A DNA stretch of 64,000 nucleotides from contig NC_082722.1 in assembly GCF_030144855.1 (NCBI RefSeq), forward strand, positions 26,536,001 to 26,600,000, written 5' to 3'. The DNA is from Hypanus sabinus (taxonomy: Eukaryota). Within the stretch, counting starts at the first letter, position 1; every line of letters begins with the position of its first letter. Position numbers and translations under genes: made by a program. Below, one piece after another: positions 1 to 14,399 of this stretch. The notes under the pieces are model-generated. The model worked only from the letters and a program-made list of their open reading frames with translations. It was not told where the DNA came from and ran no database searches.

Positions 1-3000
1 CAGTTAAAACAAAAGCTATACTGAAATTGTGGACACTGACATTTTATCATGGTGCATTTATTTAATACCAGAATATCAAAGCGTATCAGAAATGTTCCAC
101 AACAGAGTCGATTAACAAAATCAGAATTGAGTATGACTTTTTGAGTTGAATGTTGAAATGATCCGAGCGTGAGCATTCGAGAGATGGGATTCAGAAAAAA
201 TAATGTTTATATGGTAATAATGGGCTAATTGGCGTCAATTTGGAATTTGTTCTAGGGCCAAGAATTTTCATTATATTTATAAATGATAAATGGAAAGAAA
301 CAAGGTAGTAAATGAGCTGGGTAGTATCTGGTGTGCGTGAGTTGAGTGTGGAAGAACGCAAATGCCTTAGATTTTGTAAATTTAGAGTCCACGCGAACTC
401 AGGAAGCAACTGTAGAAGATGCCAGATTAAGGTGAATTGCATGGATAAAGCTTCCCAGATGACTTTTCTCTCCACCGAATGTGCCAAACTAATCGGTTAT
501 TTCCAAAACGTTCTACATTTATTTTCTGCTGTGTTTTTCAACTTGTGTTGATTATGTGGTGAGACGTATCACCGCAGAACTCATTAGTAACATTGGCAAG
601 ATATCAGAACAATATTATATGCAGCAACTCTCTGTATTAGAGATCATAGAATATTTCGATTTTTTTTATATAACGAGGCCATGTACATTACAAGAGTTTA
701 CCATTATAGATGTTATCTAGGGCGTTGGGGTGTATTAATGACCCGCAGATATAAAATGGAGAAGTAACTTAAGATTATCTTGATATTAGCGGGAATTCAA
801 ATGCTATGCTTATTATTTCACAACTGCAGATTTTTAACAGATTTTCGAAGGATAGAAAATTTGGCATATTTTATTCACATATCAGCCTGTATGCAAGCAT
901 TTAAAACAGGGAGAATAATCAAAATTATTTGCTTCACAAATAAAAACAATCGCTATTCCAATACAGAAACTCACGAAGGCGGTTACTTATTTTCTATTTT
1001 TCTTCAAATTCTGACCATTCCCACAGAGCTAACGTTCCAAATTCTACGTCTTTTAACAAACATCAAAAGAAGTAACTGAATTGTTTTCTGATCACTGCTA
1101 AAGAAAAATGATTTTAAGTTCTCTGATAGAGAAGCTTAAAGATAATGCATGCTGTATCAAATGCCCGTATTTTTTTATTCAGAAGCATAGCTTCTTTGGA
1201 GATATGAGGGAGAAATAAATTGTCTACAGGAAATATCACCTTGGATGCTTGCAGTACTCCGGAGGTTCACCGGAGTTCACAACTGAACAGAAAGGAAAGA
1301 AGTAAAACAGAAATTATCTGGAAATAGTTGACAAACAGAGAGAGAACAAATGAAAAAAAAAAGTAGTGATTAGCACGATGCGAAAATGAAGGTAAAGACA
1401 AAAGGGTTCAAGAAAACATTGCACTGCTTCGGTTTCTTCAAATATCAACCTGTTGTTGCTCTAGCGATTAAATGATATGAGTGAGTCGTCGAACCGAATT
1501 GTATTGGGTTTACTTCAAACAATGCTGTGAAACATACAAGTTGAGTAGTGGAATTCTACAGAAACGTTCAAGTATAAGTTGTTTATATTTGCAATGCATT
1601 TGTTGATTCGAAGCCATATGTTCCTTTGTGTTTTATGTTACAAAATAAATCACAAAATTAACTTTGATTTAAATGATAAATATTTCTATTTCAAAGCTTC
1701 TCCCTCGATCTGATTATCTGGCACCTTGCCCAGTATTAACAAAAAAACATGCCAATGTGTTGCGTTCTGCATCATGTGTGGGAACTGCAAAAATAAAATG
1801 CATGGCTTTTATAATATTGTGAATCTGAATTGAAATTAAGAAAATAACATTTTTAATCATCGCTATTCAATGATCAATGAGAAGGAAATGATTTCCTCCA
1901 ACTAAATGCTCCGTAGCCGTTTTTGCATCATTATGACGAACAGAAGTGAAGTAAATCAATTCCGAGTTGATTCTTACTGCCATCCAGGTACCCTATATAG
2001 CTATTCACACATTACCTACTCAGGTATAAAGAAATCCCTTCAGTGATACTATGTTGGAGGTCCAATCGTGGCGGTGAGTCATATGGCTATCTTCACAATC
2101 GACTGTATGCAAAAAGTAAGTAAAGAGCTTGAGGGAGATTTTCGAACCAGTACCTCTGAAGTAGCTGAAAGCACAAAGTAACTCAGACTGGAAAATACGC
2201 ACTTTAGATGAGAGGGAATATAATTCATAAAAGAGGAAGGTGGATGTAATACATAAAACACAATATTAGAATAACAGGTACTGCTGCAGACGTTCAGAAA
2301 GTACTTCAGGCGATCTTACTTTGGGTAACAAAATCGATTTGCATTATGACATCATATTCATCGGTAGGCTCATGGATTCCCCTCAACCGCTTTCCTTCAA
2401 GTGTCAGCATCATTCTTTGATAGGCCGTGAGAATCAAACCAATTTGTTGAGACGAAATGGTGTCTTTAGTTTCCTAAATTGTTGAATTAGTAGCAGAAGT
2501 ACTGCAATAAGCGAAACAAATAACATGTTAATTCTGAAGAATCTTAGAATTTAGCTGAACTGAACGAAGCCATTCTGGCTGCATTACATATTATTTGCGA
2601 AATTTTGCAATGAACATTTTAACTTTCCTCTGGAACGTGCTTACAACATTAGGCGGAAATACAAATGACTTCTCAGTTTGAAGTGACTCTGCAAAAATGT
2701 GGAGCGTGCATATTATTGTAGGAATTTTTGCAGATATTCGTATATTGCTACGTATATTTGTTTTTAAAATATTTCACTGTGAAAATAAACATTTTAAACG
2801 TAAATCCTATGTTTTTTTACGAAATTTCATTAATTAAAAAGCTTGTGAATCTACATGTCCGATATATTAAAAAAAAACTGGCTTCAGCCGTTCAGCCATT
2901 TTACACCTCCGTACAATCAACATTATCTCTGCTTTACTTTCAGGGTCTGTGTTTGACGATGGTTGATGATTTATCGGAAACTAAGTTTTAAATTCAAAAT

Positions 3001-6000
3001 TAAAGAAAACAGGAAAATCTAACTCTATTCAATCCATAATTAGTGACACAAATAATTTTATAGCCAGATAAGCTCTCCAAAGTTGCAAGAGTACCTCGCC
3101 TTCATGATATTCACCCAATGACCGAAGTTACTGCAAATCAGGAAGACACTGAGACCCAGATAAAAAGGTCCACCTTTCAATCTTCTAGGTATGAGGTGGC
3201 AGCTTTTTAATCGACCTTTATTTCCCAATTTTTTTTACAATTATTCACACAGCCCTAATCTACAATCCACAGAAACAGTAGGTCAATTTGACCGTCAGGG
3301 ATCCTTAAAATAATCATTTGCAACACTAATATCTCAATACACCGGGAGCAGAAAGTCTGCTTTGAAATTAGCATCAAGCTGCTCCCTTAAACATTAACTT
3401 TCACATGAAAGGTTGGATGTTAAAATTAGCACGAGTATTGCTCTGTGCGCGAGAGATGGGCCATAGCACGAGATTTCAGCCCGAATGGAAAATCAGAAAG
3501 AGAAAGTTTATTTGTAAAGGCAAACATTACGGTTACAGCCTGCCGCTGATAATCTGTGAGATACAGATTCTCGTGTCCACTTTCTTTCAGACTCGGGCGC
3601 CTCTGCAGCCGCAGGATGATGAACTAATGGTCAATAAGATTTACCTTCAAAGATCATAAATCAGGAGATTACCATGTTGGCCTCGGCGGCTCTCCGCCTT
3701 CTCACTATCAAACAAACATTTTAATTTATTCAAAAACAGCAGCGTGCAACGTACGCAAATGTACATGTTTTATAGAAGACGAGAAGCTGACAATCGAAAC
3801 AAACTTCCGAAACGAAAACTATAACTAAATATATGTCAAACATGTTATTAGTTTGACTTAAGCGTAGCTGGGTGCCAATGGTGAGTTTTGTAGTGACCTT
3901 TTCAACCTTCCTTGAGCCGACCGTTATGCGGAAGTGCCACCAACCAACGAATAATAGACTGCTTACAGTGTTGAAAATGCGATCAAAAATGCCAGCTTAC
4001 TCATGAAGAAAATCAAAACTCTGTTTCTCCCATTTACGTTGTTTCAAATCTGAACGTTATTGCTGCTGTTATGTTGTCTAAACATCGCGCCGTTCTCTTC
4101 ACTTAGCTTATCTCATAATGATGACAAAAAAGGCAATTAATTGAACATTTGAATTAACTTCTTTTCACTTAATTAAGGAGCTACATTTTTTTCAAATGTA
4201 TCTAAACCTTCATTTTATTGCAACAGGTTTAAAATGCTATAGTTAAGAACAGAGAAATATATACAATATACATCCCGAAATTCCTTTCCTTCACAAACAT
4301 TTACCAAAACAGAGCAGTGCCCCAAAGAATGGATGACAGTTAAATGTTAGATACCCAAAGCACCCCCCAGCTTATCACTTCCACGCATGAGCAGTAACAA
4401 AGCCTCCACACACCAGCATAAAAGCACATGCATCCCCAAGCAAGCATTCAAGCGTGCAGCAAAGCATCAAGAAAAACAAGTGTGTACTTTCCCAAAGACT
4501 ACTCATTCACCCGGTTTTCGACATACCACAGCCCTCTCTTTCTCCAGAATAAAGTAGAAAGTGATGTCTACGTTTCACAAAGTGAGAGGAGACATAACTA
4601 AACAACTTTCTGACTCATTGTTTTCAAAGTCAGTTGCCCCGCTTTTTCCGATCTTTGTGCCTCCTACGAACTCGGGTCTCTGGGCACACACACAGCAGCC
4701 AGCTCACTGTTTTCGATCTTCCGTGTCCTACCATTAAGCAGCAGCACCGGCCTCGAATTTGCCCATCCCCAAAGTCAAGAAAATCCTGTACCTTGACGGC
4801 ACGTTATTCTTCCAGGCCGCGTCCTTGGCATTTCTAAAAGCGGACGCTCGTGAGGCCCTGAAAGCGAGTCGCATTTTCACAGAGAACCGATCAACCGAAG
4901 TCCACGTGTAACTGCAGGTTAGAGACCCCTGAAAAGGGGGAAAAAAGGATAGTAGTGCAGTTTCCGAAGATGCAGGCAATAGAGTTTCCGAAGATGCAGG
5001 CAATAGGCCGGTAGTGCAGATTTGCTACGAACTGCACAAACTAAAGAAAAAAAATCGAGACAAACAAAATGTTAGAAACATGCACTATCCTTGAATAATC
5101 GACACATGACGTAATGGAGCAGGAAAATTCAAGTGGCATCCCTGGTTTCATTATTACAAATAAATTGTCCACGTGTTCTGAAAATAAATTCAAGGACCAC
5201 GATTCATAATATAGGAATGGAAAGTGAAGATAAGTTAGTCGTATCATTCTTAAAAAGAAATGACCAGCTGAACAATGACTAACTCAATAGCATGCGTAGG
5301 AAATGCGTTCCCCGGTGAAGTCTGCCTAACATTGAGATGAACTGCTATCAGTAGCGAAAATGAATTCACATCCAGAGACACGATAATCGCATTGACAAAA
5401 TTATCAAGTACATGAAGCATCCATTAAAGTGTATTTGTGTATGTTCGTGATCTTTCAGAGATACTCCTTTGCACACCGTTGTTGAAACACGGGTTTACTG
5501 TCGCCTTCCTGTCTGATTGTACCAGACTCCTCTGAGCTCTCTCATTAACAATGAGATTTTGTTCAAAGATTTTGTTACTCACTTGAAGTTTTTCGTGTTT
5601 TTTGTACCATTCTCTTTCATCTTTAAAGACTGTTGTACATGAAGATTTCAGACGATCAACAGTTTCTGAGACATCAAATTACCTCCTCTGGCACCACAAT
5701 AATTCCATTGTGGTAAATTATTAAGATCGCATTTCTGCCCCATTCTGCTGTTTGGTCCGAATAATAACTGTACTTTATAGCCATGTCTGCATGCGTTCAT
5801 GCATTGCTTTGCTGGCACGTATATGCCTGACTGAATATTTGCATTAACGAGCAGTTATGTAGGTGCACATTATAAAATAACCAATGAATATATATCTAAT
5901 TATTAGAACAATGTCGACACAGAATACCACGCAGTTTTGGCATTGAGGCAAAATTTTGGGCTGCTCAATATGCCTGCTGCAGTGAGATGCTGGAGGTGGC

Positions 6001-6479
6001 TCAAATGAGATGGGAATTTACCTTCCAATAAGAGGGAGATTTCAAAGACATATCTGGAACTTTACCTGTACAGGTTACAAGGAAAACAACATACGTACAT
6101 TCGACTTGGAGGAAAAGTATCTTTACACGAACCAGACGGCAGACAAACCCAAGTTACTCACCGTAACTTTCTACTTCTTGCTTCTTGAGCAGATTTTATT
6201 GTCTACCTTAAAATAACACAAAAATATGGCTTTCAATTTCTTGTTTCAGGAAGGGGGATCCAAAGACTCGAAACACTGGGAATAATTTATATTTCCTTAC
6301 ATGGGCATATAGGCCTTTCATAGCTACCCATTTTAGAGACCCCAAGATCAAATCCATATCAATCGATACCACTTTTCCTTTTCTAAATTTCAGCGGATGC
6401 AAATCTAGTCGGGCCAACATGCCTTAACTGACTACTCGTCTATCTACTGATCATTCTTACATACCATCACGCAAAACTG

Positions 6480-6632
6480 TTCCAACGATGCATGCGATGG
6501 ACGAGACCATTCCCTTCCAAGTAGAGAGTGACGCCAACGATTTCGCGCTGGCTGCTACCCTCAATCAGGAAGGCAGGCCAGTAGCATTCTTTTCTCGTAC
6601 CCTTCAAGGCTCTGAAATTCGGCGCTCCGCGG
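6480..6632 (+). mobile_element. Ty3/Gypsy RNase H fragment
   Basis: Translation PFQVESDANDFALAATLNQEGRPVAFFSRTL matches the Gypsy RNase H motif. Confidence 0.8.
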
Positions 6633-7239
6633 AAGTAAACCTAATATCAAAGTATATATATGTCAGCATTTATTACCCTGAGACTCATTTTCTTGCGAGC
6701 ATTCGTAGCACAACAAAGAAATGCAATCAAATCAATGAAAAACTGCATACAAAGACTGACGAACAACCAACGTGCAAAGGAAGACAAAATTTGCAAATAC
6801 AAAGTATAGTAATAATAAGAAATAATTAGCTGTGATTATGCTAAGAACATGAACTGTGAGGCAATTGAAACCAAGTCCATCGTTTGTTCAATCAGCTCAA
6901 TTGAGAAGAGTGGAATTTTCCAGGATAGTTAAGAATCCTGATGGTTAAAGATAATCATCGTTCCTAAACCTGGTGGTCTGACACCTAAGGCTGCTGTGTT
7001 TCCTTCCTGATGGCAGCAGCGATAAGAGAGCAATACTGTGACTTAGCACACTGATATTGTGCTCAGTCCATCAGACGTAATCTATTCATTTGCAGTCTTA
7101 CCTCCTTTCTTTATATTTATTTTCCGAAGATTCATACTACTACTCGGAATTTAGCATCATCATCACTGCAAAACTGAACAGTAAACTCTGAAAGCCATCA
7201 AGATGCCCTTGTGCAATTAGATCCAGGATTTCCTCCTTG

Positions 7240-8000
7240 TAGACACCAGCACTGGGGTTAGTTCGAATGACAAAAACATCTCATTTCCAAATTCTATCAG
7301 CAAAGGAGCACCAAAGAGATGCGTACTTAGCCCCTGCTCCCCTCGCTTTATACCTATATCAGTGTAGCTAAGTAGAGCTCCAATACCATATACGTTTGTT
7401 GACGACACCACTGTTGTAGGCTTTAAAAAAAGGGATGATGAATCAGCATATACGAGGGATATTGAAAACTTGGAGGAGTGATGCAATAACAACAGCCTCT
7501 CATTCAATGTCAATGAGACCAAGAAACAGATTGCAGACTTCAGGAAATGGAAACTGGAGGTCCATAGCAGGTAATCAAAGGAAGATCAGAGCTGAATAGG
7601 GTCAGTTACTATCTAAGAGGATCTGCCCCAGGACACATTACATAAACCTTGGCAAACCTTTATAGATATATGGTGGAAAGTATGCTGACTGGCTGTATTC
7701 CAGCCTGGTTAGGGAACACTAATGCCTTTCAATGGAAAGTTCTACAAAAAATAGTTGATTCGGTCCAGTACAGCAAAGTAAAACCATCCTGACCATTGAG
7801 CACATCTGCATGAAACTTTGCCACAGAAAAGCAGCATCCATCAGCCAAGATGCTCACAACCCAGCCCATGCTCTCTTCTCACTGCCGCCATTAGGATGAA
7901 GGTGCCTCAGTACTCATACCACCTGGTTCAAGAACAGTTACAACCCCTCAACCATCAGGCTCTTCAAGAAAGCGCATAGCTACACTCATTTAAGGGCTCT
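7240..8000 (+). mobile_element. Decayed Rex1/Babar-type LINE, RT and 3' end
   Basis: KGAPKRCVLSP and FVDDTTVVG-like RT remnants with frameshifts; similar to 17445-17970. Confidence 0.7.
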
Positions 8001-8249
8001 GCTACATTGCTATTTCAAACTCGTTATTTATTGCTACTTATTTATATCTGCATTTGCACAGTTTGTTTACAGTCTGCTTTCCAGAGATCGCATAAGCTGC
8101 CTTTTGAAGCTTTTTAGACGCAGGTACATAGTAGCCTTCTGCGAATCAAGCATCCAGATATACACGTGTCATGGACCCACAATCTTCACTATTCATATTC
8201 ATATAATATGCAGGGCTGGTGGTTAACACAGTATAAATTAGCAAAAATA

Positions 8250-9210
8250 TATTAAAAACAAACACTTTCAAAATGATAATTGCAAAGTATTTCAAGTGTA
8301 AAAAAACTCAGAAACAATCAAAAAATTACAGGATCAAAGGAAGATCAAAGCTGAATAGGGTCAGTTACTATCTAAGAGGATCTGCCCCAGGACACATTAC
8401 AAAAATTACAGGATCTTGCAGCAGTTTAATTCAATTTAATTATTTGCACAGGCACAATGAAATAGCAAACACTATTCACGAAAATCTTGCTCTGAAATAC
8501 AGCCTGATAGAATAAACCATATCTTATAAATACAAGCTTGGTCCAGTTTTAGTGTCAGAATCCCATGGATGATATTACGCCTCATCCTTTACTACAGAGA
8601 ATATATCCTTCAAAGATTTATCCGGCTGTTGTGTAAATTCAGATTCAGATGTTGGAGATGTGTGCTTGAGGAAAACGCAAGGAAACTTCAGGAGAAAAAT
8701 ACGCTGTGCTAATTAGACATTCACACTGTGTAACATCATAGAACAGTGCGCAGAGAGGCAGAGACAATTGCATTAGAGACAGGACAATCCATAATAACTG
8801 TGAGGATAGATTTCAGGATAAATAAACGAGGAAAACTTCCTTAATAGATATAGCCATTCCAAGCTCACAGAACATACAGAAGCCAATAGGTGAAAAAGAC
8901 CAGAAATATGCTAGATTGAAAAAGGAAATTGAAAGACTATAGAATATGAACCGGATATACTGACCAAATAGTAATATCTACAACTGGTATCATCCCAAGG
9001 TCATCACACAGTATCATCAAACAATTAGATGTATACAGGAAAAAATATGTAGCTCTTCAGAAACCACAATACTAACCATCACCGGAATAGTACGAATATT
9101 CCTAGCAATAGAGAACTGAATGTGTTTGGCTACGGTCATACCTCAGGTTTCACCATCTTGAGCTGAGAAAAAAATATAACAAAATGTAGTAATGATAATG
9201 ATAATATATA
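8250..9210 (+). mobile_element. Decayed R4/Dong-like (RLE) non-LTR retrotransposon 3' part
   Basis: ETIKKITGSC..YLHRHNEIANTIH zinc-knuckle region and a TAATGA/TAA-like tail near 9190; interrupted internally. Confidence 0.6.
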
Positions 9211-9279
9211 AGCCATAACAATCGAGAAAATGAAACAAAGAGTCCTTGAAAATGAATACATAGGTTGCGGGAACAGTTC

Positions 9280-9800
9280 AGTGATGGGGCATGTGAAATT
9301 CGGCCCAGTTAATCTCTCTGGTTCGGAAGCCTGATTGTTGAGGGATGATAACTTTTCCTGAACCTGATGGTATGATTCCAGACTCTCCTGTACCTTTTTC
9401 TGACGGCAGTATCTAGAAGAAAGCATGACCCGGCTGGCGGGGGTCCTCGATAATAGTGGCTGTCGTTTGCGATATCTCTGCATGTAGGTGTGCTCACTGC
9501 CAAAGCGGACTTTATCTGTGTTGGGTTGGGCCGTAATGATACATTTTCCAAGTACTTCCGTTCTTGGGCATAGGCGTTTCAATCTAATCTCTACTGCACA
9601 TCTATGGCAGTTAGGCAAAGCTGTAGCTGTTACGCCATTTCTTCGCAAACTCAGAAGAAAGTAGATGCGCTGCCATGTTATCATGAGAACCAGGATGGTG
9701 ATCAGACAGCTTTGCTGATGGAGCTTGTGGAGGAGATATTGATGACAGTCTGTAATCACTGTGGTCTACAATTGATGAAATTGCTGAATATATTGCGCAT
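9280..9800 (-). mobile_element. Decayed Rex1/Babar-type LINE 3' fragment
   Basis: Antisense similarity to the Rex-type 3' regions at 7800-8000 and 6880-7030. Confidence 0.5.
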
Positions 9801-9819
9801 GGGGACGTAGAAGCTAACC

Positions 9820-10720
9820 ATAGAAACATAGAAAACCTACAGAACAATACAGGCCCTTCGGCCCACAATGCAGTGTTGAATATTTACTTACGTTAGTAAT
9901 CACCTTTGGTTACCCATAGCCCTCTAATTTTCTAAGCTCCATGTACCTACTCAAGAACCCCTTAAAATGCCCTATTGTATTCTCCTCCACTACTGCCGCT
10001 GGCAGCCCATTCCACACCAGCACCACATTCTGCGTAAAAACCTATCTCTGACATCTCCTCTGTAACTACTGCCAAGCATCTGAAAACTGTGCTCTGTTGT
10101 GCTAGCCATTTTGGATCCGGGGGAAAAAAAAACATCTCTGACTATCCACGCTATCAATGCCGCTTATCATCTTATACACCTCTATCAGGTCACCTTTCAT
10201 CCTCCCTCGCGCCCAGGAAAATAGGGCAAGTTCACTCAACTTATTCTCATGAGTCATGTTTCCCAGTCCAGGCAACATCCTTGTAAATTTCCTCTGCACC
10301 CTTTCTGTAGTTGCCACATCCTTTCTGTAGTGAGGCGACTAGAACTGAGAGTCCTCCAAATGCGGTCAGACGAAGGTTCAATAAAGTTGTAAGATTTCCT
10401 CTCGGCTCTTAAACTCAAGGCCACGTCTGATGAAAGCCAATGCACCGTATGCCTTCTTAACCACGTAGTCAACCTAAGCAGCAGCATTGGGTTTCCTATG
10501 GACTCGGACCCAAAGATCAAGCTGATACTCCACATTGCCCAGAGTATTATCTTTAATATTATAATCTGCCATCATATTTGACCTACAAAAATGTACCACT
10601 TCACACTTATCTGTGTTGAACTCTATCTGCCACTTCCCAGCTCAATTTTGTATCCTATCGATGTTCCGCTGTAATCCCTGACAGCCCTCCACACTCTACA
10701 CAACACCGCCAACCTTTGTG
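9820..10720 (-). mobile_element. CR1-type LINE 3' fragment
   Basis: RPHLEY/ERVQRKFTRMLPGL remnants and (catagaaa)n tail; homologous to 22862-23965. Confidence 0.85.
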
Positions 10721-10739
10721 AAATAAAGTCTTCAAGCTT

Positions 10740-11220
10740 ATTGATTTGTTTTAATGAGATTATTGTATGGTATTCCGATATGAGTCGATAAAGAGCATCC
10801 TGATGTATCCAGATATTCAGAGGTAAATGAAGAGCCAATGAACTATCACCTGCTCTGGATCTGTTTTAGCGGTAGGCAAAGTAGAGAAGTTCCAGTTTGT
10901 GCATTAGGCCACAACTTATACGTTACATTAACCAATTTCTCAAAATACTTTGGCACTGTAGATCGAAGTGCGACAGGAGGACAGCAGGTTACCACGCTCT
11001 TCTTTAGTATCTGTATAATCGGAGCCTGCTTAAAGCAGCTGAGCACCTTAGATTGAGCAGCACTGTTCCTGAGTTCTCGGCAGTTATCCCAACTGGGCCG
11101 GATGCTTTCCGTGAGTTAATTGTCCTAAAGGGTGCTGTCAAGTCAATTCAGAGCCTGAAATCATAGAATCATCGGAGGCTGTGGGAGTTCGTGATGGTTC
11201 CTTCACGTATTCACTATCAC
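10740..11220 (-). mobile_element. Rex1/Babar-type RT fragment
   Basis: Minus-strand YIRMLFID and KYFEKLV remnants. Confidence 0.55.
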
Positions 11221-11274
11221 GGCAATCATAAAATACATTTAGCTCATCTATGTTACCTTTTGTTACCTATGTTG

Positions 11275-13055
11275 CTTGATTCAAAGCAACACACACAACA
11301 TTTTGGAGCAACTCAGCAGGGCCGACAGCATCTATGAGAAAGTGTAAACAGTCGAAGTTCAAAGTGGTAGGTGACAGGTGGAACCCGGAGAAATGGAGGT
11401 GGTGAAGTGAAGAGTTGGGATGTTGATTGTTGAAAGAACGTAAGGTTTGGAGAAAGGGGAACCTGATGGGAGATGGCGGAAGAAAGGGAAGGAGGAGGAT
11501 CACCAGAGGGAGTTGATTGGCTGGTAAAGTGAGAGACGGAAACTAGAATGGGAGGTGACGAAGGGGAGGGGTGGAATTACTGTAAGTTGATCCCATCAGG
11601 TTGGAGTCTACCCCGAGGAAATATAAGGTGTTGGGTTTCCAATCTGACTGTCGCCTGATCGTGGCAGAAGAGGAGGTCATATTCTGACATGTCGAATTGG
11701 GAATGAGAAGTAAAATTGAAATTAGTGACTAACGGTAAATTTCACTTTTTGTGGCAGACTTTTTGTGAAGGTGCTCGATGAAGCATTCTCCCTATCTACG
11801 TTGGGTCTCACAGAAAAAAAAAACAGGAGGCCACGCCAGGGGCACTGGATACAGTATGCAACCCCAATAGAATCGCAGTTGAAGTTTTGTTTGGGGCCCT
11901 GAATGGAAGTATGGGAGGAGTTGTATAGGGCGAATGTGGCACTTCCTCTGCTTGGAACACTAAGTGCTCGAAGAATGATCGGTTGGGTGGGACGAGTAGA
12001 CAAGGTAGTTGCATAGGGGCGCCCTGTGAAGAGCGGAATGTGGACGGGGGAGTAGGGAAAGATAGCATGGTGGTGGGATCCTGTGGGAAATGATATGCTG
12101 GATGCAGAGGCACTGGGGGTGTGTATAAGGGCAAGAGGATGGCGCGAAATGGAAGAGTTGCGAGTGAGGGCACTGTTGATGGTGGAGGAAAGGAAGTTCC
12201 TTTCCTTGAAGAAGTAAAACATCTCAATAGTTCTGGAATGGAAAGCTTCCTCATGAGATCAGATGGAGAAACTGAGAAAACGGAATGGCGTTTTTACAAG
12301 TGACACTGTGGGAAGAAGGATAGTCCAGATGGCCGTGAGAGTCATTGGGTTTATAAAATACATATGCAGTTAGATTGTCTTCAACAGTTGAGACAGCTGT
12401 CGATAAAGGGGAGACATATTTCAGAAACAGAACAAATATATTTGAGGCCAGGGTGGACGTTGGAGGCAACGTTGATGAAATTGACGAGCCTTGTATGGGT
12501 GCAGGAATCGGCACCAAAGCAGTAGTCAATGTAATTTTGAAAGAGTTGGGGAGCAATGCTGGTGTAATAATTGGAGAATATTAGTTTTACATGGCCAACA
12601 GAAGATAAGTCATATCTAGGACTCATACGATTTCACCTTGTGTTTGCAGGAAGTCAGAAGATCCAAATGAGAAATTGTTGAAGATGAGTTCCAGATCTGC
12701 CAGTCAGAGGACAGTGTAACTATTTGGGTCTGTTGTCCAGGAAGGAGTGGACAGCATTAAGACTATCCTGATGGTGAATAGAGTGCACAGAGACTGGACA
12801 TCCATAGTGAAAATGAAACGATCTGGGACAGGGAATTTGAGTTCATGTAAGAATTCAAGCGTGTGTGAAGAACCTCAGATATAGATACGAAAGGTCTGAA
12901 CCAAGGTTCTCCACGACCTCTTATCCTGTCTTCTTCCCCTTCCTTTCCAGTTTTGATGAAGGAACTCGACCCGAGACGTCAATTATTTTATCTGTTCCAT
13001 AAATGCTGCCTGGCCTGCTGAGTTCTTCAAGCATATTGTGCGTGTGACTTTGCAT
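11275..13055 (-). mobile_element. Decayed Penelope-like element with inverted terminal copy
   Basis: RT C-terminal (YKPNDSHGHLDYPSSH..KNAIPFSQF) and GIY-YIG (GVAYCIQC) remnants. Terminal motif in opposite orientation at about 12930-13055. Confidence 0.75.
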
Positions 13056-13339
13056 TTCCAGTATCTGCAGATTTTCTGGTTTGATTGCACTTTGATAGCA
13101 GTCAGTCAAGTGTCAACCGTCCGGAATCCTTCATTCATTCCACTTTAATCTGGAATTGCCACTTCGCCCGTCACGGGCCTTTATGGATCTTTTATAACTT
13201 GAATTGTCGCCAGTCTTGTTTGCCCGTGATCTGACCTCAGCAGAGTCAGATGGCATGGTTCATCCAGGGCTCAATGACTCACTTGCATACGACTGTTTTT
13301 ATTCTTTCACGTACGTGATGTGTTCATACAATTTCACAG

Positions 13340-13487
13340 ACGAGACCTTGAACACAGCCCAGTCCACTGACTCGAAGCAATCACGTGGCCGCTCCTCTGC
13401 CTCCTGCGACAACCCCTCTGTTGTGCTAATCTCTGGATCTTTGCTTGTTTGCATTTGCCTCTATGCAGGTAGGAGAAGGACACTCAG
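13340..13487 (+). CDS. Candidate stalk-TM exon of a second type I receptor (DETLNTAQSTDSKQSRGRSSASCDNPSVVLISGSLLVCICLYAGRRRTL)
   Basis: Acceptor caatttcacAG|, phase 1, Ser/Thr-rich stalk, hydrophobic stretch, RRR. Donors AG|GTAATT (phase 2, 13488) and G|GTAGGA (phase 1, 13469). Confidence 0.5.
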
Positions 13488-14399
13488 GTAATTAGATGTG
13501 CCTATTGGGCATGGAAGTGTAGGCTTCTCTTATCTGTTTATACAGTGGTCTAGTGTGCTAGGTCTTCTGGTGATAGAAGTTATATTGTGTGGGTATGTGG
13601 ACAGAGATTTGCTTAAACAAGCCTCACTAAATTCCCCGACTATGATTAGAAATGCATCGAGATGGACAGTTACCTGTTTGGCGCAGGCATCATGCAGTAT
13701 CGCAGTCGCACGATGGTGGCATGTAAGCTGCGATCACGATCATGGAGGAGGACTCTCTTGGTAAATAAAAAGGCTGATGCTTGATCCCGAGGCGTTCAAA
13801 TTGGGACGAACAAGTTCAGGAGAAAACTGCCAAATCGGAAAAGCACAGTTTATCTTGAAACAGATACCTCCAGCTTTTACCTTTTCCGAATCACTAGTTC
13901 CGTTCATCCTGTGCACCGAGAAGCCATCAGTTTGTTCGATTCTTATATTATTTTGTCAGAGTGATGTTTCTGCACTGGCCGACTTGCTAGGTCGATGATA
14001 GAACACTGTTATTACTCAAGCAAATTAATTCCTCAGTTAGGCCTCCGTCGTGGGCATCATTACTCAGACGATTCATTAGTTCATAAGCTGAACGCAAATT
14101 TACGCGCTGTCAGAATGAGATCGGAAAGATGATTTTCTTCATTGTTACAGCATTTTAGATTATGTGCCTAAATCATATCAGTAGTTTGCTGGATAATTTT
14201 AGGAAGTAACCGAATAGTGACAAAGTAAAGCTGATTGATACCGATATGAATTGCAGATGAAAAGGAAAGCAGAATCTGAGATTCTGATTGGATTGCCATG
14301 AACGTGAGGGAAGAATTTATCTGATTAACATCGAGATTATGTGTAAGTATGCAGATGGAAGACAATACTGATTTAGGAGACTGATGCTAATCATTTCCA

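Noticed and set aside
4958-5006. 24-bp tandem duplication AGTTTCCGAAGATGCAGGCAATAG
   Set aside because: Two units only, ordinary slippage; not a CRISPR-like array.
9136-9759. 207-aa minus-strand ORF
   Set aside because: Runs across R4-like and Rex-type fragments; no domain signature.
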